Shown here: positions 1-12,600 of the stretch, piece after piece
Layout of the letters: each line of letters begins with the position of its first letter
Numbering within the stretch: position 1 is the stretch's first letter
Source: the human T2T-CHM13v2.0 reference genome, Homo sapiens
Assembly (NCBI RefSeq): GCF_009914755.1
Contig: NC_060937.1
DNA length: 64,000 bases
Reading direction: 5' to 3' (one strand)
Notes under the pieces: generated by a model
The model's input: the letters and a program-made list of their open reading frames with translations, nothing else
Databases searched by the model: none
What the model was told of the DNA's origin: nothing
Program-made: the position numbers and the translations under genes

Positions 1-315
1 TAAAATATCAAAGTACCCAAAATATATATTATATACTGTACATAAAATATGAAGGCACATCCAATATATATTATATTCTGTACATAAAATATCAAAGTAC
101 AGCAAATATATATTATATACTGTACATAAAATATCAAAGTACCCAAAGTGTATATTATATACTGTACATAAACTATGAAGGTTCATCAAATATATTTTAT
201 ATTCTGCACATAATATATCAAAGTACAGCAAATATATATTATATACTGTACATAAAATATCAAAGTACCCAAAATATGTATTATATACTGTACATAAAAT
301 ATGAAAGTAACCAAA

Positions 316-3300
316 CATTTATAATAAACTGTACATAAAGTATCAAAGTACTCAAACTACATATTATATACAGTATATAAAATGTCAAAGTACCCAAACT
401 GTATATTATATACTGTACATAATATATCAAAGTACCCGAATATATAGCATACTGTACATAAAATATCAAAGTACCCAAAGTGTGTATTATACACTGCACA
501 TAAAATATGAAGGTACATAAAATATATATTGTATTCTGTACATAAAATATCAAAGTACTCCAAATATATATTATATGCTGTACATAATATATTAAGGTCG
601 CCCAAATATATATTATATACTGTACATAAAATATGAAGGTACATCAAATATATATTATATGCTGCACATAAAATATCAAAGTACCCAAAGTATGTGTTAT
701 ATACTGTACATAAAATATCAAAGTACCCAAAGTATATATTATATACTGTACATAAAATATAAAATACCCCAAATATATATTATATGCTGTACATAAAATA
801 TCAAAGTACACAAAATATGTATTATATACTGTACATAAAATACAAAAGGACCCAAAATATATATTATATACTGTACATAAAATATCAAAATACCCAAAAT
901 ATATATTATATACTGTACATAAAATACCAAAGTACCCAAAGTATATATTATATACCGTACAAAAAATATCAAAGTAGCCAAAATATGTATTATACACTGT
1001 ACATAATATATGAAAGTACCCAAACATTTATAATAAACTGTACATAAAATATCAATGTACTCAAACTATATATTATGTGCGGTACATAAGATATCAAAGT
1101 ACCCATACTATATAGTATATACTGTACTTAAAATATCAAAATACCCAAAATATATATTATATACGTTACATAAACTATCAAATACACAAAGTATGTATTA
1201 TATACTGTACATAAAATAGCAAAGTTCCCAAAATATGTATTACATACTATACATAAAATATGAAAGCACCCAACCATTTATAATAAACTCTACATAAAAT
1301 ACCAAAGTACCCAAACTGTGTATTATATACTGTCCATAAAATATCAAAGTACCCAAAATATATATTGTAAACTCTACATAAAATATCAAAGTAGCCAAAA
1401 TACATATTGTATACTGTACATAAAATATAAAAGTACCCCAAATATATATTATATACTGTACATAAAATATCAAAGTACCCATAATACATATTATATACTG
1501 TACATAAAATATCAAAGGACCCAAAATAAACATTATATACTGTACATAAAATATCCAAATACTCAAAATATATATTACATACTGTACATAAAATATCAAA
1601 GTACCCAAATTATGTATTATATACTGTACGTAAAATATCAGAGTACCCAAAATATGCGTTATATACTGTACATAAAATATGAAAGTAACAAAACATTTAT
1701 AATAAACTGTACATAAAATATCAAAGTACTCAAACTATATATCATATACTGTACATAAAATATCAAAGTACCCAAACTGTGTATTACTACATACTGTATA
1801 TAAAATATCAAAGTACCTGAAATATATATTTTATACTGTACATAAAATATCAAAGTACCCAAAATATATACTATATACTGTACATAAAATATGAAGGTAC
1901 ATCAAATATATATTATATCCTGTACATAAAATATCAAAGTACTCCTATTATATATTGTGTACTGTACATAATATATTAAATCGCCCAAATATATATTGTA
2001 TACTGTATATAAAATATGAAGGTACTTCAAATATATATTATATGCTGCACATAAAATATCAAAGTACCCAAAGTATGCATTACATACTGTACATAAAATA
2101 TCAAAGTACACAAATTATATATTATATTCTGTACACAAAATATGTAGGTTCATCAAATATATTTTATATTCTGTACATAATATATCAAAGTACATCAAAT
2201 ATATATTATATACGGTACATAAAATATCAAAGTACCCAAAATATGTACTATTTACTGTACATAAAATATGAAAGTAACCAAACATTTATAATAAACTGTA
2301 CATAAAATATCAAAGTACTCAATCTACATATTATATACAGTATATAAAATATCAAAGTACACAAACTGTATATTATATACTGTACATAATATATCAAAGT
2401 ACCCAGAATATATAGCATACTGTACATACAATATCAAAGTACCCAGAATGTATATTGTATACTGTACATAAAATATGAAGGTACATCAAAGATATATTAT
2501 ATTCTGTACATAAAATATCAAAGTACACCAAATATATATTATATGCTGTACATAATATATTAAAGTTGCTCATATATACATTATATACTGTACATAAAAT
2601 ATGAAGGTACATCAAATATATAGTATATGCTGCACATAAAATATCAAAGTACCCAAAGTATGTATTATACACTGTACATAAAATATCAAATTACCAAAAG
2701 TATATATTACATACTGTAAATAAAATATGAAGGTACCTCAAATATATATTATATTCTGTACATAAAATATCAAAGTACACCAAGTATATACTATATACTC
2801 TGCATAAAATATTAAATTACCCGAAATATGTATTGTATTGTGTACATAAAATATGAAAGTAACCAAACATTTATAATAAACTGTACATAAAATATCAAAG
2901 TACTCAAACTGTATATTATATACTCTACATAAAGTATCAAAGTACCCAAACTGTGTAGTATATACTGTACATAAAATATCAAGGTACCCAAAATATATAT
3001 TGTAAACTGTAGATAAAATATCAAAGTACCAAAAATATATATTATATACTGTACATAAAATATGAAGGCACATCCAATATATATTATATTCTGTACATAA
3101 AATATCAAAGTACACCAAATGTATATTATATACTGTACATAAAATATCAAAGTACCCAAAGTGTATATTATATACTGCACATTAAATATGAAGGTTCATC
3201 AAATATATTTTATATTCTGCACATAATATATCAAAGTACAGCAAATATATATTATATACTGTACATAAAATATCAAAGTACCCAAAATATGTATTATATA

Positions 3301-3328
3301 CTGTACATAAAATATGAAAGTAAGCAAA
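316..3328 (+). repeat. Reference 3,013-bp higher-order repeat (72 monomers), subtype A
   Basis: Marker monomer CATTTATAATAAAC starts at 316, 1025, 1275, 1694, 2283, 2868 and 3329 (17+6+10+14+14+11 = 72 monomers; 72x42-11 = 3013). The once-per-HOR GTGCGG marker is at 1077, 4090 and 7103, spaced 3013 bp. Confidence 0.93.
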
Positions 3329-6300
3329 TATTTATAATAAACTGTATATAAAATATCAAAGTACTCAAACTACATATTATATACAGTATATAAAATATCA
3401 AAGTACCCAAACTATATATTATATACTGTACATAATATATCAAAGTACCCGAATACATAGCATACTGTACATAAAATATCAAAGTACCCAAAATATATAT
3501 TGTATACTGTACATAAAATATGAAGGTACATCAAAGATATATTATATTCTGTACATAAAATATCACAGTACACCAAATATGTATTATATGCTGTACAGAA
3601 TATATTAAAGTCGACCAAATGTATATTATATACTGTACATAAAATATGAAGGTACATCAAATATATATTATATGCTGCACATAAAATATCAAAGTACCCA
3701 AAGTATGTGTTATATACTGTACATAAAATATCAAAGTACCCAAAGTATATATTATATACTGTACATAAAATATAAAATACCCCAAATATATATTATATGC
3801 TGTACATAAAATATCAAAGTACACAAAATATGCATTATGTACTGTACATAAATTATCAAAGGACCCAAAATATATATTATATAGTGTACATAAAATATCA
3901 AAATACCCAAAATATATATTATATACTGTACATAAAATACCAAGGTACCCAAAGTATATATTATATACTGTATAAAAAATATCAAAGTAGCCAAAATATG
4001 TATTATACACTGTACATAATATATGAAAGTACCCAAACATTTATAATAAACTGTACATAAAATATCAATGTACTCAAACTATATATTATGTGCGGTACTT
4101 AAGATATCAAAGTACCCATACTATATAGTATGTACTGTACTTAAAATATCAAAATACCCAAAATATATATTATATACGTTACATAAACTTTCAAATACAC
4201 AAAGTATGTATTACATACTGTACATAAAATAGCAAAGTTCCCAAAATATGTATTATATACTGTACATAAAATATGAAAGTACCCAACCATTTATAATAAA
4301 CTCTACATAAAATACCAAAGTACCCAAACTGTGTATTATATACTCTCCATAAAATATCAAAGTACCCAAAATATATATTGTCAACTGTACATGAAATATC
4401 AAAGTAGCCAAAATATATATAGTATACCGTACATAAAATATAAAAGTACCCCAAATATGTATTATATACTGTACATAAATTATCAAAGTACCGATAATAC
4501 ATATTATATACTGTACATAAAATATCAGAGGACCCAAAATAAACATTATATACTGTACATAAAATCTCCAAATACTCAAAATATATATTACATACTGTAC
4601 ATAAAATATCAAAGTACCCAAATTATGTATTATATACTGTACATAAAATATCAGAGTACCCAAAATATGCATTATATACTGTACATAAAATATGAAAGTA
4701 ACAAAACATTTATAATAAACTGTACATAAAATATCAAAGTACTCAAACTATATATCATATACTGTACATAAAATATCAAAGTACCCAAACTGTGTATTAT
4801 TATATACTGTATATAAAATATCAAAGTACCTGAAATATATACTGTATACTGTACATAAAATATCAAAGTACCCAAAATATATACTATATACTGTACATAA
4901 AATATGAAGGTACATCAAATATATATTATATCCTGTACATAAAATATCAAAGTACACCTATTATATATTGTGTACTGTACATAATATATTAAATCGCCCA
5001 AATATATATTGTATACTGTATATAAAATATGAAGGTACTTCAAATATATATTATATGCTGCACATAAAATATCAAAGTACCCAAAGTATGCATTACATAC
5101 TGTACATAAAATATCAAAGTACACATATTATCTATTATATAATGTACATAAAATATGAAGGTTCATCAAATATATATTATATTCTGTACATAATATATCA
5201 AAGTACATCAAATATATGTTATATACTGTACATAAAATATCAAAGTACCAAAAATATGTATTATATACTGTACATAAAACATGAAAGTAACCAAACATTT
5301 ATAATAAACTGTACATAAAATATCAAAGTACTCAATCTACATATTATATACAGTATATAAAATATCAAAGTACACAAACTGTATATTATATACTGTACAT
5401 AATATATCAAAGTACCCAGAATATATAGCATACTGTACTTAAAATATCAAAGTACCCAAAATATATATTGTATACTGTACATAAAATATGAAGGTACATC
5501 AAAGATATATTATATTCTGTACATAAAATATCAAAGTACACCAAATATATATTATATGCTGTACATAATATATTAAAGTTGCCCATATATACATTATATA
5601 CTGTACATAAAATATGAACGTACATCAAATATATAGTATATGCTGCACATAAAATATCAAAGTACCCAAAGTATGTATTATACACTGTACATAAAATATC
5701 AAAGTACCAAAAGTATATATTACATACTGTAAATAAAATATGAAGGTACCTCAAATATATATTATATTCTGTACATAAAATATCAAAGTACACCAAGTAT
5801 ATACTATATACTCTGCATAAAATATTAAATTACCCAAAATATGTATTGCATTGTGTACATAAAATATGAAAGTAACCAAACATTTATAATAAACTGTACA
5901 TAAAATATCAAAGTACTCAAACTGTATATTATATACTGTACATAAAGTATCAAAGTACCCAAACTGTGTAGTATATACTGTACATAAAATATCAAGGTAC
6001 CCAAAATATATATTGTAAACTGTAGATAAAATATCAAAGTACCCAAAATATATATTATATACTGTACATAAAATATGAAGGCACATCCAATATATACTAT
6101 ATTCTGTACATAAAATATCAAAGTACACCAAATGTATATTATATACTGTACAAAAAATATCAAAGTACCCAAAGTGTATATTATATACTGTACATAAACT
6201 ATGAAGGTTCATCAAATATATTTTATATTCTGCACATAATATATCAAAGTACAGCAAATATATATTATATACTGTACATAAAATATCAAAGTACCCAAAA

Positions 6301-6341
6301 TATGTATTATATACTGTACATAAAATATGAAAGTAACCAAA
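3329..6341 (+). repeat. 3,013-bp HOR, subtype B
   Basis: Same architecture with diagnostic variants GTCGACC (3610), GTGCGGTACTT (4090), TGTCAACTGTACATG (about 4379), CCGATAATAC (4491) and TCTATTATATAATG (about 5131). Confidence 0.85.
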
Positions 6342-9300
6342 CATTTATAATAAACTGTACATAAAGTATCAAAGTACTCAAACTACATATTATATACAGT
6401 ATATAAAATGTCAAAGTACCCAAACTGTATATTATATACTGTACATAATATATCAAAGTACCCGAATATATAGCATACTGTACATAAAATATCAAGGTAC
6501 CCAAAGTGTGTATTATATACTGCACATAAAATATGAAGGTACATAAAATATATATTGTATTCTCTACATAAAATATCAAAGTACTCCAAATATATATTAT
6601 ATGCTGTACATAATATATTATAGTCGCCCAAATATATATTATATACTGTACATAAAATATGAAGGTACATCAAATATATATTATATGCTGCACATAAAAT
6701 ATCAAAGTACCCAAAGTATGTGTTATATACTGTACATAAAATATCAAAGTACCCAATGTATATATTATATACTGTACATAAAATATAAAATACCCCAAAT
6801 ATATATTATATGCTGTACATAAAATATCAAAGTACACAAAATATGTATTATATACTGTACATAAAATACCAAAGGACCCAAAATATATATTATATACTGT
6901 ACATAAAATATCAAAATACCCAAAATATATATTATATACTGTACATAAAATACCAAAGTACCCAAAGTATATATTATATACCGTACAAAAAATATCAAAG
7001 TAGCCAAAATATGTATTATACACTGTACATAATATATGAAAGTACCCAAACATTTATAATAAACTGTACATAAAATATCAATGTACTCAAACTATATATT
7101 ATGTGCGGTACATAAGATATCAAAGTACCCATACTATATAGTATATACTGTACTTAAAATATCAAAATACCCAAAATATATATTATATACGTTACATAAA
7201 CTATCAAATACACAAAGTATGTATTATGTACTGTACATAAAATAGAAAAGTTCCCAAAGTATGTATTATATATATTATAAATATGTACATAAAATATGAA
7301 AGTACCCAACCATTTATAATAAACTCTACATAAAACACCAAAGTACCCAAACTGTGTATTATATACTGTCCATAAAATATCAAAGGACCCAAAATATATA
7401 TTGTAAACTCTACATAAAATATCAAAGTAGCCAAAATACATATTGTATACTGTACATAAAATATAAAAGTACCCCAAATATATATTATATACTGTACATA
7501 AAATATCAAAGTACCCATAATACATATTATATACTGTACATAAAATATCAAAGGACCCAAAATAAACATTATATACTGTACATAAAATATCCAAATACTC
7601 AAAATATATATTACATACTGTACATAAAATATCAAAGTACCCAAATTATGTACTATATACTGTACGTAAAATATCAGAGTACCCAAAATATGCATTATAT
7701 ACTGTACATAAAATATGAAAGTAACAAAACATTTATAATAAACTGTACATAAAATATCAAAGTACTCAAACTATATATCATATACTGTACATAAAATATC
7801 AAAGTACCCAAACTGTGTATTATTATATACTGTATATAAAATATCAAAGTACCTGAAATATATATTGTATACTGTACATAAAATATCAATGTACCCAAAA
7901 TATATACTATATACTGTACATAAAATATGAAGGTACATCAAATATATATTATATCCTGTACATAAAATATCAAAGTACTCCTATTATATATTGTGTACTG
8001 TACATAATGTATTAAATCGCCCAAATATATATCGTATACTGTATATAAAATATGAAGGTACCTCAAATATATATTATATGCTGCACATAAAATATCAAAG
8101 TACCCAAAGAATGCATTACATACTGTACATAAAATATCAAGGTACACAAATTATATATTATATACTGTACATAAAATATGTAGGTTCATCAAATATATTT
8201 TATATTCTGTACATAATATATCAAAGTACATCAAATATATATTATATACGGTACATAAAATATCAAAGTACCCAAAATATGTATTATATACTGTACATAA
8301 AACATGAAAGTAACCAAACATTTATAATAAACTGTACATAAATTATCAAAGTACTCAATCTACATATTATATACGGTATATAAAATATCAAAGTACACAA
8401 ACTCTATATTATATACTGTACATAATATGTCAAAGTACCCAGAATATATAGCATACTGTACATACAATATCAAAGTACCCAGAATGTATATTGTATACTG
8501 TACATAAAATATGAAGGTACATCAAAGATATATTATATTCTGTACATAAAATATCAAAGTACACCAAATATATATTATATGCTGTACATAATATATTAAA
8601 GTTGCCCATGTATACATTTTATACTGTACATAAAATATGAAGGTACATCAAATATATAGTATATGCTGCACATAAAATATCAAAGTACCCAAAGTATGTA
8701 TTATATACTGTACATAAAATATCAAAATACCAAAAGTATATATTACCTACTGTAAATAAAATATGAAGATACCTCAAATATATATTATATTCTGTACATG
8801 AAATATCAAAGTACACCAAGTATATACTATATACTCTACATAAAATATTAAATTACCCAAAATATGTATTGTATTGTGTACATAAAATATGAAAATAACC
8901 AAACATTTATAATAAACTGTACATAAAATATCAAAGTACTCAAACTTTATATTATATACTGTACATAAAGTATCAAAGTACCCAAACTGTGTAGTATATA
9001 CTGTACATAAAATATCAAGGTACCCAAAATGTATATTGTAAACTGTAGATAAAATATCAAAGTACCCAAAATATATATTATATACTGTACATAAAATATG
9101 AAGGCACATCCAATATATATTATATTCTGTACATAAAATATCAAAGTACACCAAATGTATATTATATACTGTACATAAAATATAAAACTACCCCAAATAT
9201 ATCTTATATACTCTACATAAAATATCTAAGTACCCAAAATATATATTATATACTGTACATAATATATCAAAGTACCCATAGTATGTATTATATCCTGTAC

Positions 9301-9658
9301 ATAAAATATGAAAGTACGTCAAATATATATTCTATTCTGCACATAAAATATCATATTGCACCAAATATATATTGTATACTGTATATAAAATATGAAGGTA
9401 CTTCAAATATATATTATATGCTGCACATAAAATATCAAAGTACCCAAAGTATGCATTATATACTGTACATAAAATATCAAAGTACCCAAAGTGTATATTA
9501 TATACTGTACATAAAATATGAAGGTTCATCAAATATATTTTATATTCTGCACATAATATATCAAAGTACAGCAAATATATATTATATACTGTACATAAAA
9601 TAACAAAGTAACAAAAATATGTATTATATACTGTACATAAAATATGAAAGTAACCAAA
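6342..9658 (+). repeat. 3,317-bp HOR variant (3013 + 294-bp 7-monomer block + 10-bp insertion)
   Basis: GTGCGG markers 7103 to 10420 are 3317 bp apart. 10-bp insertion near 7270; extra monomers at about 9170-9465. Confidence 0.85.
9170..9465 (+). repeat. Optional 294-bp (7-monomer) block defining the 79-mer HOR
   Basis: Contains TATAAAACTACCCC, ATCTTATATACTCT and TCATATTGCACC, which are absent from 3013-bp units. Recurs at about 15500, 23414, 33800, 39471, 51229 and 59639. Confidence 0.85.
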
Positions 9659-12600
9659 TATTTATAATAAACTGTATATAAAATATCAAAGAACTCAAAC
9701 TACATATTATATACAGTATATAAAATATCAAAGTACCCAAACTATATATTATATACTGTACATACTATATCAAAGTACCCGAATATATAGCATACTGTAC
9801 ATAAAATATCAAATTACCCAAAATATATATTGTATACTGTACATAAAATATGAAGGTACATCAAAGATATATTATATTCTGTACATAAAATATCAAAGTA
9901 CACCAAATATATATTATATCCTGTACAGAATATATTAAAGTCGACCAAATGTATATTATATACTGTACATAAAATATGAAGGTACATCAAATATATATTA
10001 TATGCTGCACATAAAATATCAAAGTACCCAAAGTATGTGTTATATACTGTACATAAAATATCAAAGTACCCAAAGTATATATTATATACTGTACATAAAA
10101 TATAAAATACCCCAAATATATATTATATGCTGTACATAAAATATCAAAGTACACAAAATATGCATTATGTACTGTACATAAATTATCAAAGGACCCAAAA
10201 TATATATTATATAGTGTACATAAAATATCAAAATACCCAAAATATATATTATATACTGTACATAAAATACCAAAGTACCCAAAGTATATATTATATACTG
10301 TATAAAAAATATCAAAGTAGCCAAAATATGTATTATACACTGTACATAATATATGAAAGTACCCAAACATTTATAATAAACTGTACATAAAATATCAATG
10401 TACTCAAACTATATATTATGTGCGGTACTTAAGATATCAAAGTACCCATACTATATAGTATGTACTGTACTTAAAATATCAAAATACCCAAAATATATAT
10501 TATATACGTTACATAAACTATCAAATACACAAAGTATGTATTACATACTGTACATAAAATAGCAAAGTTCCCAAAATATGTATTATATACTGTACATAAA
10601 ATATGAAAGTACCCAACCATTTATAATAAACTCTACATAAAATACCAAAGTACCCAAACTGTGTATTATATACTCTCCATAAAATATCAAAGTACCCAAA
10701 ATATATATTGTCAACTGTACATGAAATATCAAAGTAGCCAAAATATATATAGTATACCGTACATAAAATATAAAAGTACCCCAAATATGTATTATATACT
10801 GTACATAAAATATCAAAGTACCGATAATACATATTATATAGTGTACATAAAATATCAGAGGACCCAAAATAAACATTATATACTGTACATAAAATATCCA
10901 AATACTCAAAATATATATTACATACTATACATAAAATATCAAAGTACCCAAATTATGTATTATATACTGTACATAAAATATCAGAGTACCCAAAATATGC
11001 ATTATATACTGTACATAAAATATGAAAGTAACAAAACATTTATAATAAACTGTACATAAAATATCAAAGTACTCAAACTATATATCATATACTGTACATA
11101 AAATATCAAAGTACCCAAACTGTGTATTATTATATACTGTATATAAAATATCAAAATACCTGAAATATATACTGTATACTGTACATAAAATATCAAAGTA
11201 CCCAAAATATATACTGTATACTGTACATAAAATATGAAGGTACATCAAATATATATTGTATCCTGTACATAAAATATCAAAGTACACCTATTATATATTG
11301 TGTACTGTACATAATATATTAAATCGCCCAAATATATATTGTATACTGTATATAAAATATGAAGGTACTTCAAATATATATTATATGCTGCACATAAAAT
11401 ATCAAAGTACCCAAAGTATGCATTACATACTGTACATAAAATATCAAAGTACCCAAAGTGTATATTATATACTGTACATAAAATATGAAGGTTCATCAAA
11501 TATATTTTATATTCTGCACAAAATATATCAAAGTACAGCAAATATATATTATATACTGTACATAAAATAACAAAGTACCAAAAACATGTATTATATACTG
11601 TACATAAAATATGAAAGTAACCAAATATTTATGATAAACTGTATATGAAATATCAAAGTACTCAAACTACATATTATATACAGTATATAAAATATCAAAG
11701 TACCCAAACTGTATATTATATACTGTACATACTATATCAAAGTACCCGAATATATAGCATACTGTACATAAAATATCAAAGTACCCAAAATATATATTGT
11801 ATACTGTACATAAAATATGAAGGTACATCTAAGATATATTATATTCTGTACATAAAATATCAAATTACACCAAATATATATTATATGCTGTACATAATAT
11901 ATTAAAGTCGACCAAATATATATTATATACTGTACATAAAATATGAAGATACATCAAATATATATTATATGCTGCACATAAAATATCAAAGTACCCAAAG
12001 TATGTATTATACACTGTACATAAAATATCAAAGTACCAAAAGTATATATTACATACTGTAAATAAAATATGAAGGTACCTCAAATATATATTATATTCTG
12101 TACATAAAATATCAAAGTACACCAAGTATATACTATATACTCTGCATAAAATATTAAATTACCCAAAATATGTATTGTATTGTGTACATAAAATATGAAA
12201 GTAACCAAACATTTATAATAAACTGTACATAAAATATCAAAGTACTCAAACTGTATATTATATACTGTACATAAAATATCAAAGTACCCAAACTGTGTAG
12301 TATATACTGTACATAAATTATCAAGGTACCCAAAATATATATTGTAAACTGTAGATAAAATATCAAAATACCCAAACTATATATTATATACTGTACATAA
12401 AATATGAAGGCACATCAAATATATATTATATTCTGTACATAAAATATCAAAATACACCAAATGTATATTATATACTGTACATAAAATATCAAAGTACCCA
12501 AAGTGTATATTATATACTGTACATAAAATATGAAGGTTCATCAAATATATTTTATATTCTGCACATAATATATCAAAGTACAGCAAATATATATTATATA

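Noticed and set aside
375-382. TATA-box-like TATAAAA motifs
   Set aside because: Expected by chance in such AT-rich DNA, with no other promoter context.
316-3328. Regular 378-bp (9-mer) periodicity
   Set aside because: Marker spacings are 709, 250, 419, 589, 585 and 461 bp, so a 9-mer is not visible by eye. Only one 377-bp deletion matches that length; a computed spectrum could still reveal a weak signal.
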